A DNA stretch of 32,000 bases. It comes from Methanopyrus kandleri AV19 (lineage in GTDB: Archaea; JAADCQ01; Methanopyri; Methanopyrales; Methanopyraceae). Positions 1 to 8,132 of the stretch are shown piece after piece. The translations under genes were made by a program, and so were the position numbers. The DNA is taken from positions 60,001 through 92,000 of the forward strand of contig NC_003551.1 in NCBI RefSeq assembly GCF_000007185.1, read 5' to 3'. Position 1 is the stretch's first letter. The number at the start of each line of letters is the position of its first letter. A model generated the notes under the pieces. That model was not told the DNA's origin and made no database searches. It saw only the letters and a list, made by a program, of their open reading frames with translations.

Positions 1-720
1 GCGTCATTAGCACCGGACTTCGCCACAGCGGCCTACAACGACCGGTACTCGGACTTGAGGTACGTGGATTACCGGTGGGCCCACGATCCCACGCACGTTT
101 ACGATTACGCATCTGTGATAGTTGAGCGGACGACATCCAGGACGCTTCAGGGGGTCGACGAGAAGGTGGCCCTATGGTGTGCGGAAACGGGTATTGCCAG
201 TCATCTTCTCTTAGACCTTTACACACATGTCAAGACATCGCCGATTAAGGAATGGAGGGAACAAGCCGGCATCAGGACGGTGCTCCAGGAGTTTTACTAC
301 CCATGGCAGGAGAACGCGGTGGAGTTCGCACGTTGGGCACTGGGACGGGCTATTCGGGTGTTCGGTAACCCGGACGAGTTCTGGCGGTACGTAGACGGGG
401 CATGCGCGGTCGCGGAACAGCTCATGGGCGACTACGTCATCAGCGCTTACCTCAGGAGGCTATCGGAACGCTACTTCGGAGATCCCGACTTGCACCTGGC
501 CGACTGGTTGAGATGGTTCTATCGAAATTACGGTTGGGAAGAAAACGCCACGGACGCGTTCATTATCGATGGTGTAAGAATTCCGGCCGATCCGGTGGAA
601 CTTTTGTCGTGGATTAGTCAGTGGGATCCGCGGGTAGTCCCCATGCGGCCACCTCAGTCGGGCGGTGGTGGGTCGTTGCTCTTACCGGTGTTCCCGGTAC
701 CGCCGGTACGCCGGCGCTAG
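1..720 (+). CDS. Hypothetical protein, 5'-truncated by window edge (Trp/Tyr-rich, Gly/Pro-rich tail)
   Basis: Frame 1 is open from nt 1, with no stop before the listed ORF 55..720. Stop is TAG at 718-720. No family motif recognised. Convergent 4-nt overlap (CTAG) with the next gene. Confidence 0.45.
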   Translation, partial: ASLAPDFATAAYNDRYSDLRYVDYRWAHDPTHVYDYASVIVERTTSRTLQGVDEKVALWCAETGIASHLLLDLYTHVKTSPIKEWREQAGIRTVLQEFYYPWQENAVEFARWALGRAIRVFGNPDEFWRYVDGACAVAEQLMGDYVISAYLRRLSERYFGDPDLHLADWLRWFYRNYGWEENATDAFIIDGVRIPADPVELLSWISQWDPRVVPMRPPQSGGGGSLLLPVFPVPPVRRR

Positions 721-1100
721 CCCGGCACCCAGATGTATTTCTTACCGGCCTTGTACACCGCACCGCCGAGCTTCTTCATGTGACCGAGTTGTGCACCACC
801 GCGTTTCGCCCTAGCGACCTCCTTGAACTGCTCCACTTTGAGTCCGGAAGGGGTGCGGTAGATCTTCGTGACGGTAACCTTACCCGTGGTAGTCTTGGTG
901 ATGATAGTGGCCTCCGACGTTTTCGGACTGAGGATCTTGGTGAGACCGTAGCTGGAGGACATGGTGATGATGAACGCTAGGGCGAAAACCATCGCCGCGT
1001 CGAACAGGTTGGCGACACCGGTCAGTGGGTCGTCATCGTTGTCACCGCCGTCCAGGAACCTCCTACGACGCCGTCGTCTCAGATACCGGGGCAACGTCAT
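717..1100 (-). CDS. ExbD/TolR-like single-pass membrane protein (DUF2149-like)
   Basis: 127 aa. Arg-rich N-terminus and one TM segment (GVANLFDAAMVFALAFIITM), with an Asp (codon 1001-999) at the TM entry as in ExbD/TolR/MotB. Beta-rich C-terminal domain of about 75 aa. 4-nt overlap with the upstream ExbB-like gene. DUF2149 resemblance is from memory. Confidence 0.6.
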   Translation of the reverse strand: MTLPRYLRRRRRRRFLDGGDNDDDPLTGVANLFDAAMVFALAFIITMSSSYGLTKILSPKTSEATIITKTTTGKVTVTKIYRTPSGLKVEQFKEVARAKRGGAQLGHMKKLGGAVYKAGKKYIWVPG

Positions 1101-1705
1101 CCCCCGAACTCGCGTTGGAGTATAGTCTCAGCCAGGAATTCGAGATCCGAGACGTCCTTTCGGTACCATCTAGATCTGAACAATGTGATCACGTAACAAG
1201 CTCCAGCGGATGCCAGACCGACTACCGTGGTCGCGAACGCCGTGATCAGAGACGTCGCTAAGCCCGCGATGTTACCTTTAGCCAGCTGCTCCAATCCCGG
1301 TCCCAAGGGGATCAGCGTCCCCATCAGTCCCAACATGGGACCTAGACGCACGACAATCCTCGTCCTACTGACTTTGCTAGCCAGGAAGTTTTCGAGGTTC
1401 TCCAGCTCCTTTTCGACCTTCAAACTGGCCTCGTCCGCCGAATCGGACTTTTCGACGATCTTCTCGACTCTCCTCAGGAACTCCGAGAAGTGGGGAGGAA
1501 GTCGCTTCACGTCCGGAAACTTATCTGCGATCTGTTCGAGATCCTTCCTGGTAAACCTGGGCCGGTAGGCCACCTCACGGAGGAATATAGCCAGCTCCAT
1601 CAGAGAGTAAGCCAAGAACAGCAGCAACAGTACTATCGTCGGGTAAAACAACAGCTCCATTACCACGTACAGAGCCTGAGTTATCGCCGTCGCGATGCTA
1701 ACCAT
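1097..1705 (-). CDS. MotA/TolQ/ExbB-family proton channel protein
   Basis: 202 aa with three hydrophobic segments. The C-terminal half carries the family signature RLGPMLGLMGTLIPLGPGL ... LITAFATTVVGLASAGACYV. Long charged helical loop between TM1 and TM2. Confidence 0.75.
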   Translation of the reverse strand: MVSIATAITQALYVVMELLFYPTIVLLLLFLAYSLMELAIFLREVAYRPRFTRKDLEQIADKFPDVKRLPPHFSEFLRRVEKIVEKSDSADEASLKVEKELENLENFLASKVSRTRIVVRLGPMLGLMGTLIPLGPGLEQLAKGNIAGLATSLITAFATTVVGLASAGACYVITLFRSRWYRKDVSDLEFLAETILQREFGG

Positions 1706-2895
1706 TCGATCACCGCCCTGATGATATCGTCGATCGGGTTATCCGGTGGGTAGTTTCCTCGTGAAGCCTTGCGCACCGCCCATAGGTACCCGAACGCCAT
1801 CAAAGCCAGGAACAGTAACGCCCATGGGCCTATTTTCGAAGGGCTCGGAAGGGCCAGCTTGAGTTTAGGTGCTCGCTTCCATAACGGATAGGCCCACGCG
1901 ATAATCCCCGTGATCACGAAAAGGAGTCCTACTAAGTTCTCGAGGCCACTAAGGGCCACGGCCGGGGGAACTTTGAGGACCTCGATAACCGCATCGGCGA
2001 CGATCAAGGTGGCGTACGCCGTCGAAACGAAGCAAGTCCAGAGTACCAAGGCGGCTTGGGTGACGTTAAGGGCGCCTATCTCGGCGTACATGGCGATCGA
2101 TAGGGCCACTCCGGTCAGGCAGATCGGACACGGAACGGCCACGACGAATGCTCCTAGCTTAGAGAGATCCTTCGCTGAACCTTCTACCGCCCACTTACGG
2201 GCTATGAATATTCCCAATCCGATGAGAAACAACCCCAGCAAGGCGTGACCGAGGAGAGCGTACCTCTGCATGGCGAGCGCCGTTTTCATGAACTTGGAAA
2301 CCAGGTGACTCAGGCCTATTATCGCCGGTATTAGTATCCCGGAAAGCGCTGCGATAACCATCGCCCCACGACGTAACTGGAAGCCCGCGAACCCTATTCC
2401 TAACCCCGTCTTCAACCCCACGATGAACACGAAGAACGCTATCGCAAGCGCGTAGATCGGGTTATCGGCGAAGGCCGGAACGATCATCCACGAGGTCAGC
2501 GCGGCTACGATCACCGAAGATGTCACGGCGAGGAGGGTGACTATTTTGAAGGGTGATACGCCGAGATCACGTGAGATGCGATAAGATGGATACACCAGAG
2601 CGACGGAGGACGCCGCGATAGCCCCGGCGGTCACGTCGAGAAGGCCGACGAGGAGGGCGACTCCGGAAAGCGCTGTCCCTTCCAACACGGTGCGAATGAC
2701 CTCACGGCGCTTTTTACGGGCCCCTAACACGCGTGTCAGCATTACCCCTGTGCCGACTCCGATGGCGGCCGCGGCCATCCCGTAAACGGCCCCGTAGGTT
2801 AGGGCTTCCGACACACCGACGGAGTGGTACCTGAGCATTAGTGCCGCGCTGGCACCTAGATAGGTGGTGAAGGCCGCGATCACACCGTGGAACAC
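1681..2895 (-). CDS. Polytopic membrane protein, putative transporter (DUF2162-like) with intramembrane CPxC motif
   Basis: 404 aa with about 10-12 hydrophobic segments. VPCPIC motif (Cys codons 2130-2128 and 2121-2119). Overlaps the downstream ExbB-like gene by 25 nt. DUF2162 assignment is from memory, unverified. Confidence 0.6.
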   Translation of the reverse strand: MFHGVIAAFTTYLGASAALMLRYHSVGVSEALTYGAVYGMAAAAIGVGTGVMLTRVLGARKKRREVIRTVLEGTALSGVALLVGLLDVTAGAIAASSVALVYPSYRISRDLGVSPFKIVTLLAVTSSVIVAALTSWMIVPAFADNPIYALAIAFFVFIVGLKTGLGIGFAGFQLRRGAMVIAALSGILIPAIIGLSHLVSKFMKTALAMQRYALLGHALLGLFLIGLGIFIARKWAVEGSAKDLSKLGAFVVAVPCPICLTGVALSIAMYAEIGALNVTQAALVLWTCFVSTAYATLIVADAVIEVLKVPPAVALSGLENLVGLLFVITGIIAWAYPLWKRAPKLKLALPSPSKIGPWALLFLALMAFGYLWAVRKASRGNYPPDNPIDDIIRAVIEWLASRRR

Positions 2896-2909
2896 CCGTC
2901 ATTCCCCCG

Positions 2910-3566
2910 TCAGGGGCCGAATGCGCCGACCAGAGGGAATAGGATGTTAAACGGAGGTAAGTAAAGTAAGTTTTCTGACAACTCATAGTACTTGAACTTA
3001 GGCAGCTTCGAAGTGATCTCCTGAACCAGCCACCGCTTCCGTTCAGTGAGCGTCCGCAGTACCGGAGTTAAAGCATCGATTTCGCGCAGGTCGTCCGTGA
3101 CCCCGGGCGCACGCTTCTCAACACGGTCTTCGGCACGGTGTAGCGCTGAAAGAGCCCGCGAGACGTTCCTCTCAGCTCGATCGAGACCGGTAACACCTTT
3201 CGCCCTCGCCTTCCGGATTTTCAGCCGAGCGAGCTCGAGTTTGTGCTCAGCACTGCGGATAGCGGAAAGCAACTCCAACCGGTCTCGTCCCGGATCATTC
3301 CCAACACGGAGCGTGTTATCGTACAAGGCAGCCTTGTAGGCCAAATACGGCGATGAGGCGAGTACGGTAGCAACATCTTTAGTAGCTCCGTCGATGTCAC
3401 TAACAGCGGACTGTAGTCTCTCCATGCGGAGATACTTCTGGAATCGGTGGTCGAACGATCCATGAACGAGTGCCGGGGATATCACGAGGGTGGCCACGAG
3501 CGCTGCTGTCACCTTCCATCGCAACGCCGCTACCCCTCGTGTTACCCCGTGGCTGCCACGTAACAA
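2910..3566 (-). CDS. Secreted or membrane-anchored helical (coiled-coil-like) protein
   Basis: 218-aa ORF. Signal-peptide-like N-terminus (RWKVTAALVATLVISPALVHG/S), charged Arg/Glu/Leu-rich helical body and hydrophobic C-terminus (LLYLPPFNILFPLVGAFGP). An alternative TTG start at 3524 gives a cleaner MRWK signal peptide. 14-nt gap to the next gene. Confidence 0.5.
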   Translation of the reverse strand: MLRGSHGVTRGVAALRWKVTAALVATLVISPALVHGSFDHRFQKYLRMERLQSAVSDIDGATKDVATVLASSPYLAYKAALYDNTLRVGNDPGRDRLELLSAIRSAEHKLELARLKIRKARAKGVTGLDRAERNVSRALSALHRAEDRVEKRAPGVTDDLREIDALTPVLRTLTERKRWLVQEITSKLPKFKYYELSENLLYLPPFNILFPLVGAFGP

Positions 3567-3567
3567 G

Positions 3568-3580
3568 CTATAATCGTTTT
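3568..3580 (-). promoter_or_regulatory. Candidate BRE/TATA element (minus strand AAAACGATTATAGC)
   Basis: The only A/T-rich patch in the 25-nt gap between the small ORF and the 218-aa gene. It lies about 47 nt upstream of the alternative TTG start at 3524, with GAGGGGT (SD-like) in between. Confidence 0.3.
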
Positions 3581-3591
3581 GCGGTATCGGG

Positions 3592-3867
3592 TTATGTGTG
3601 GGCGTGGACGTAGATCCAGCTGTTGTTACCCTCGTCGGTGTGCTCAGTCACGGTGTAGCCGACGGTCCCGTAATACAGGGCCGTGAGTAACTTACCGACT
3701 TTCCGCTCGACTCGATCTCCCTCGTCTAGGATGTGCTCGTCGTCGAAAAGCACGTCAAACCACAGGAGGAGCTCGTCGTAAGCCACTGTCTGAGCGTACT
3801 CGCCCATTCCCAGGAACAACCGCCCGTCTTGGAACATTTCCGTTACTATCTCGCCTATCCTACTCAC
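3592..3867 (-). CDS. Small acidic hypothetical protein
   Basis: 91-aa ORF. Its GTG start overlaps the helicase TGA stop (GTGA). An alternative ATG lies at residue 11. No motif recognised. Confidence 0.45.
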   Translation of the reverse strand: MSRIGEIVTEMFQDGRLFLGMGEYAQTVAYDELLLWFDVLFDDEHILDEGDRVERKVGKLLTALYYGTVGYTVTEHTDEGNNSWIYVHAHT

Positions 3868-6137
3868 CCCCTGGCACGTCCGGGTGCTAAGCGGACCAGG
3901 TCTAAGTAGGAAGCCACTTCGCGCAGATTGTTCGGCTTTATCAGTGCGCCGCTTCTCTTGACGTGCTCAATGAACCTGCGGTACGTCGGATGGCTGGAAA
4001 GCGTGCCGGAATCTCCGATACAAATGAGTTTCCGCCTAGGCCTGGTGATCGCGACGTTCAGTCTCCTCATGTCCCTTAGGAACCCTACTTCACCCTTAGG
4101 ATTGCTTCGGACGAAGGACACGATCACGGCTTCCTTCTCTCGACCCTGGAACCCGTCGACTGTGTTCACCTCGACGTCGCCGAGCCCGAGTTCGTCGAGG
4201 GACTTCGAAATCAGGTCCACTTGGTCGTCGTACGGACTGATCACGGCTAGATCCTCCTGAGACAACCCCTGCCGAACCAGTTGTTCCGACAGAAAGGCGA
4301 CTATCGCGGCTTCCATCGGATTTTCACGGGATTTGGATCCGGGACGGCGTCGCTCCCTCCGCAAACGCTCGGGTAAGCGCGAGGTGTCCACGAACCCCAG
4401 CGGCTCCTTGGGGTGTAGGACGTCAGCCCAGGGTCTGCCGACTTCGGGATCGCCGACACCTAAGTCCTCGAGCGTGTGACGACGGACGCTCGAGTGGGCC
4501 TCGAGCTTCCCGTTGTAAAACTCTCGGTTCGGGAATTCCATGATGTTCTCGTGCATCCTGTACTGCACTCTCAGCATCCTGGAGAGCTTCGGGTGCTTTT
4601 CGATCAAACGCTCGAAGAGCGTGCGAGAGAGCTCCGGCTGGGCCTCTTCACTGAGGATGGTCGGGGGCAACTGCTTGTGATCCCCGGCCATGATGAACCT
4701 CTTGGCCCGAGAGATCGGAATGAGCGCTGAAGGTTCCGTGGCTTGCGATCCTTCGTCGACTACGGCGACGTCGAACTCGATATCTTCGAGGAACTCCAGC
4801 CCTGCACTGGCGTTCGTAGTGACCACGACTTCAGCCTCCTCTAGTACTTCCCGGACGGCACGCTCTTCCAGTCGCTCCGCCTCCTCGAAGAGTTTCTGGA
4901 CTTTCCTGTTGATGTGGATCCACTTAGCCATGCTCTGAATTACGCGTGGTGGGACCCCGCGGGCTCCCTTGCCTTCCCTCGCAAGGTAGAGTATGGTCTC
5001 GTCGGACATCCCCCGACGCCACCTCGGCACCGGGCGCTGGTACCGGTCACGCTTCTCGATGAGCCTGTAAGCGCGCTCCCGGAGACGCTCCGCCTTCCTG
5101 TACAGTGGGTGGTTTTCCACGATCGCGCTAAGTGTCCGCTCCTTCAGTTTCTTGGAGACACGGGCCGGATGTCCGACCCTAACGGCCTCCACACCACGCT
5201 CTACCAGATATTCCAGGATGTTGTCCGCTGCGACGTTGGACTCGGCCGTCGCGAGGACCTTGTTACCACGCCGGACCTCTTGAACGATCACCTCGGTGAT
5301 TGTCCGGGTCTTACCAGTACCCGGAGGGCCGTGAATTAGGAAGAAATCCGGCGCCCCTAGTGCGTGTTCTACGGCCTCCCGTTGGGAATAGTTGAGGTCA
5401 GTATCGACGAAGTCCACGTCTATAGGCTCCGCGTCGCTCGGATTCTTAAGTCCGATGATCGTGTTCCTGAGTTCTCGGAGTCTACCCTCAGCGTGTCTGA
5501 TCCGTTCTAGCGCCTCCATCATACGCTGGAAAGTTACATCGTTAGCGTATAGGTCGATCCTGATCCCCTTACCCACGGCCCACTTGGGTGGAGGACTGTC
5601 GAAAGCCACCGTAATCGAGCGCTTGGTCTTCTCCACGACGGTTCCCGTGAGATCGCTCTTCAGTGGATCGCCGCGACTCACGAGGACCAGATCGCCCACG
5701 GATATTTGCGTATCTATCTCTTTAGACCGGCCGTACTTCACCAGGTAGTAACCTCCGACCTCCCGACCTGCCCTCGTACCGCGCAGACCGAGTACTGCCC
5801 TCCCCTTCTTTTCACGCTCCTTGCCTGAGAGTTTCCTGATTTCCTCTTCCATCGCCTTCATCTCGGCTTCCCGCTCCAGCTGGACTAGCCTCTGGAACCT
5901 CTTGACGTAGGCGTCTACTACCTTGATCTCCTCCGATTCCTCCCTCGTAGGCTCCCTCACGTCAGCATGTCTTAGGAGACGCTGAGCCGCACGAGGCTCG
6001 ACTCGGCACAGCGCGGCTCGGTTGGCCAGCCAGATTTTACCGACTTCGTGGGGCCTCACACCGCGTGAGAATAGCGTATCCAGAACGTCTTTCGGAGAGT
6101 CCCCCGGACTAAACCCTTCGATCAACACTTCCTTCAT
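3864..6137 (-). CDS. Superfamily I DNA/RNA helicase, Upf1/IGHMBP2(Smubp-2)/Hcs1-like
   Basis: Walker A LIHGPPGTGKTRTI, motif II VVDEGSQATE, and VDGFQGREKEAVIVSFVRSN, which is typical of the Upf1-like AAA_11/AAA_12 architecture. N-terminal beta-barrel-like region as in IGHMBP2. The ORF track extends to 6227. I prefer ATG 6137, which is preceded by GAGGGTG plus a 5-nt spacer and avoids overlap with the divergent gene. Confidence 0.9.
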   Translation of the reverse strand: MKEVLIEGFSPGDSPKDVLDTLFSRGVRPHEVGKIWLANRAALCRVEPRAAQRLLRHADVREPTREESEEIKVVDAYVKRFQRLVQLEREAEMKAMEEEIRKLSGKEREKKGRAVLGLRGTRAGREVGGYYLVKYGRSKEIDTQISVGDLVLVSRGDPLKSDLTGTVVEKTKRSITVAFDSPPPKWAVGKGIRIDLYANDVTFQRMMEALERIRHAEGRLRELRNTIIGLKNPSDAEPIDVDFVDTDLNYSQREAVEHALGAPDFFLIHGPPGTGKTRTITEVIVQEVRRGNKVLATAESNVAADNILEYLVERGVEAVRVGHPARVSKKLKERTLSAIVENHPLYRKAERLRERAYRLIEKRDRYQRPVPRWRRGMSDETILYLAREGKGARGVPPRVIQSMAKWIHINRKVQKLFEEAERLEERAVREVLEEAEVVVTTNASAGLEFLEDIEFDVAVVDEGSQATEPSALIPISRAKRFIMAGDHKQLPPTILSEEAQPELSRTLFERLIEKHPKLSRMLRVQYRMHENIMEFPNREFYNGKLEAHSSVRRHTLEDLGVGDPEVGRPWADVLHPKEPLGFVDTSRLPERLRRERRRPGSKSRENPMEAAIVAFLSEQLVRQGLSQEDLAVISPYDDQVDLISKSLDELGLGDVEVNTVDGFQGREKEAVIVSFVRSNPKGEVGFLRDMRRLNVAITRPRRKLICIGDSGTLSSHPTYRRFIEHVKRSGALIKPNNLREVASYLDLVRLAPGRARG

Positions 6138-6183
6138 GGTTACACCCTCGGTGGACACTACATCCTCAGGGGGGCACCGTCCA

Positions 6184-6945
6184 GTGAGACCGTTTCTGAG
6201 CCGGCTGCGCGCCCTTATCTCGTACATAAAGAAAACGTACGATCGCGTTGCGGTAGCCTACTCCGGAGGTACTGATAGCTCGGTACTCCTGTACGCTGCT
6301 GTCAAGGCGTTAGGACGGAAAAACGTGGTCGCCTGCACGGCGTGTTTGCCGTACGTAGTGAACGTGTGTCCACCGACTCCTATGGATGTGAAGCAAATCA
6401 GGATCCGCCCCGACGTGGAGGATGTCCTCCGAGAGGGTAGAGACGAACACCCGTGTTACCTGTGCAAGCGGGCAATTTACGAAGCGATACACGAAACCAT
6501 CGGAGGTGTGGATGGAGTGCTGGACGGTACCAACGTCTCGGAATTAACCAGGGGCCGCCCTGGCCTCCGAGCGTTGTACGAACTCGACGTTGACGTCCCG
6601 ATGATCAAGTGTGGACTCGGTGATCAGACAACGTCCGTGCTCGCCGCCTACCTGAACCTCCGAGCACGCTCCGGAGCGTGCTCACTCGTACTGTCTCCGG
6701 AGTGGCCCGACGTCGAAGTGAACGACCCAGGAAAGCTGAACCGGACAGCCCGACTGCGCAAGCCACAGTCGGAAAGGTGGTCCCTTTCGGAGTGTCTGGA
6801 GTTCACGATCCATGCGCCGTTACCCGAAAGACGAAGGGAGAGATACGAGTGTGTCCGTCGAGGGGACGCGCTAGTGTTCCGAGTACTGAGTGGAAAAGTC
6901 ACCGAAGCCTTAGCTTCGTACTTCCGAGAGTGCTGGAACGTGTAA
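6184..6945 (+). CDS. PP-loop ATP pyrophosphatase, LarE-like (ATP-utilising enzyme of the PP-loop superfamily)
   Basis: VAVAYSGGTDSSVLL PP-loop (SGGxDS), HPCYLCKRAIY motif and LDGTN. The listed ORF starts at 6022 but that part is antisense to the helicase. In-frame GTG 6184 leaves a typical helix of about 24 aa before the PP-loop. Confidence 0.75.
   Translation: MRPFLSRLRALISYIKKTYDRVAVAYSGGTDSSVLLYAAVKALGRKNVVACTACLPYVVNVCPPTPMDVKQIRIRPDVEDVLREGRDEHPCYLCKRAIYEAIHETIGGVDGVLDGTNVSELTRGRPGLRALYELDVDVPMIKCGLGDQTTSVLAAYLNLRARSGACSLVLSPEWPDVEVNDPGKLNRTARLRKPQSERWSLSECLEFTIHAPLPERRRERYECVRRGDALVFRVLSGKVTEALASYFRECWNV
6223..6236 (-). promoter_or_regulatory. Candidate TATA-like element (minus strand GTTTTCTTTATGTA) upstream of the helicase
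   Basis: A/T-rich patch that contains the ATG at 6227 heading the longest helicase ORF. This suggests that ATG is promoter sequence rather than a start. The leader to ATG 6137 would be about 65 nt. Confidence 0.25.
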
Positions 6946-6956
6946 GAATTCGTACC

Positions 6957-8126
6957 TCACTCGATCGAGATGTCTATTATCAGAGGGTAAAACCGGGAAG
7001 ACTTAGCCTCGTTGAAGTCGGAGACTGGAAGAGGGGCTAGGATAGCCCGTTTCACGAACTCTACTAACACGGGTTCCACTTGAAACGTCCTGTGCACCTC
7101 GCCACCGACCATCGGGACTTGGTTCTCCAGAGTAGTGCGGAGGAGCTCACCGAGTTCTCTTGGATCTTCGGAGACTATCGGCACGATCTTGACCTTGATC
7201 TCAGACTCCAGGGTACGGACCACACGCTTGAACCGACGATCCTTGAGACAGCTTACCACGATGAGGTAATCGAGTTTCAGTTCCCGGAGGAACTTCCACT
7301 GGGTCCACTGGATAGCGTGCTTTCCACCGCGTGGGTCCCTCCATAACGGCTTCCCCTTGGTGAACTTCCAAAGATAAGAGAAGTCTAGTGCAGGAGCATC
7401 TAGCATCGACGATAGGTACACACCGTAGAGTGCGGAGATCGTGTCGGTGACTGCGACAGCGACTGGTGCTTGGTCCCAAAGCTCATCGGCAACCGCTGCC
7501 TCGACACCCCACGAGCACACGTTCGGCATTCGCTTCCAACCTCGAAGGGGTTCGGCTCCGACGTGACCGCTTTTGTATCCCATCACGGCGATCGATTCGG
7601 GTGCCAGAGACCGAAGCGCATCGGCGGAATACGGTGAGGCTACCTGATATCCCGAAGCCTTCGGGGGGAAACCCTCGAGAAGGTCGCTCGTCGGTCCCAC
7701 GGCGTTGTGAGAGGCTAAGAGGAGGGGGAGCCGGACCGCCGTGAGGTCTTCCAGTATCTTACGCGTCTTCCTGCGGAGGATTCCCGCTAGGCATAATGTC
7801 TTGCATATCTCGTACAGTGGGTACGCCACGACGGCCGCGGTGCCCTTCCTCGTAGAGTACATCTCCAGGAACGCCTCGGCGGAGACCCCGCTATGTTCCT
7901 CGGCCGATGATTCCTCATGAGATTCCCTCGACGGTTCTTCCTCCACTTCATCTTGTCTCGCCTTTTCCGAGCCCTCTTCCGTGCTGCGGGAGCTGCTCTC
8001 CATTGGTCCCCCGATAGTCTCCGCGACTGCTGTTGGATCTACTTCGGTCGCGTCGATCGTTTGCCTTATCTTCATCAGCCGGTCCCGTACGACCTTACTC
8101 TCTCGACGGAAGATCCTACCGATCAT
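6957..8126 (-). CDS. Hypothetical protein with acidic Ser/Glu-rich N-terminal region
   Basis: 389-aa ORF, 6 nt downstream of nadA on the same strand. Residues about 40-85 are low-complexity acidic (SSRSTEEGSEKARQDEVEEEPSRESHEESSAEEH). No family recognised. Confidence 0.5.
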   Translation of the reverse strand: MIGRIFRRESKVVRDRLMKIRQTIDATEVDPTAVAETIGGPMESSSRSTEEGSEKARQDEVEEEPSRESHEESSAEEHSGVSAEAFLEMYSTRKGTAAVVAYPLYEICKTLCLAGILRRKTRKILEDLTAVRLPLLLASHNAVGPTSDLLEGFPPKASGYQVASPYSADALRSLAPESIAVMGYKSGHVGAEPLRGWKRMPNVCSWGVEAAVADELWDQAPVAVAVTDTISALYGVYLSSMLDAPALDFSYLWKFTKGKPLWRDPRGGKHAIQWTQWKFLRELKLDYLIVVSCLKDRRFKRVVRTLESEIKVKIVPIVSEDPRELGELLRTTLENQVPMVGGEVHRTFQVEPVLVEFVKRAILAPLPVSDFNEAKSSRFYPLIIDISIE

Positions 8127-8132
8127 CCCGGT

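Noticed and set aside
2714-2986. 90-aa minus-strand ORF bridging the 218-aa and 404-aa genes
   Set aside because: It is out of frame with both well-formed genes and gives an Arg-rich translation.
6022-6183. N-terminal extension of the PP-loop ORF
   Set aside because: It is antisense to the helicase 5' region and its Ser/Thr/Pro-rich translation matches nothing in the family. GTG 6184 gives a family-typical N-terminus.
6138-6227. 30-codon N-terminal extension of the helicase ORF (MYEIRARS...)
   Set aside because: It would overlap the divergent PP-loop gene. ATG 6227 sits inside a TATA-like A/T patch, and ATG 6137 has a good GAGGGTG SD-like sequence.
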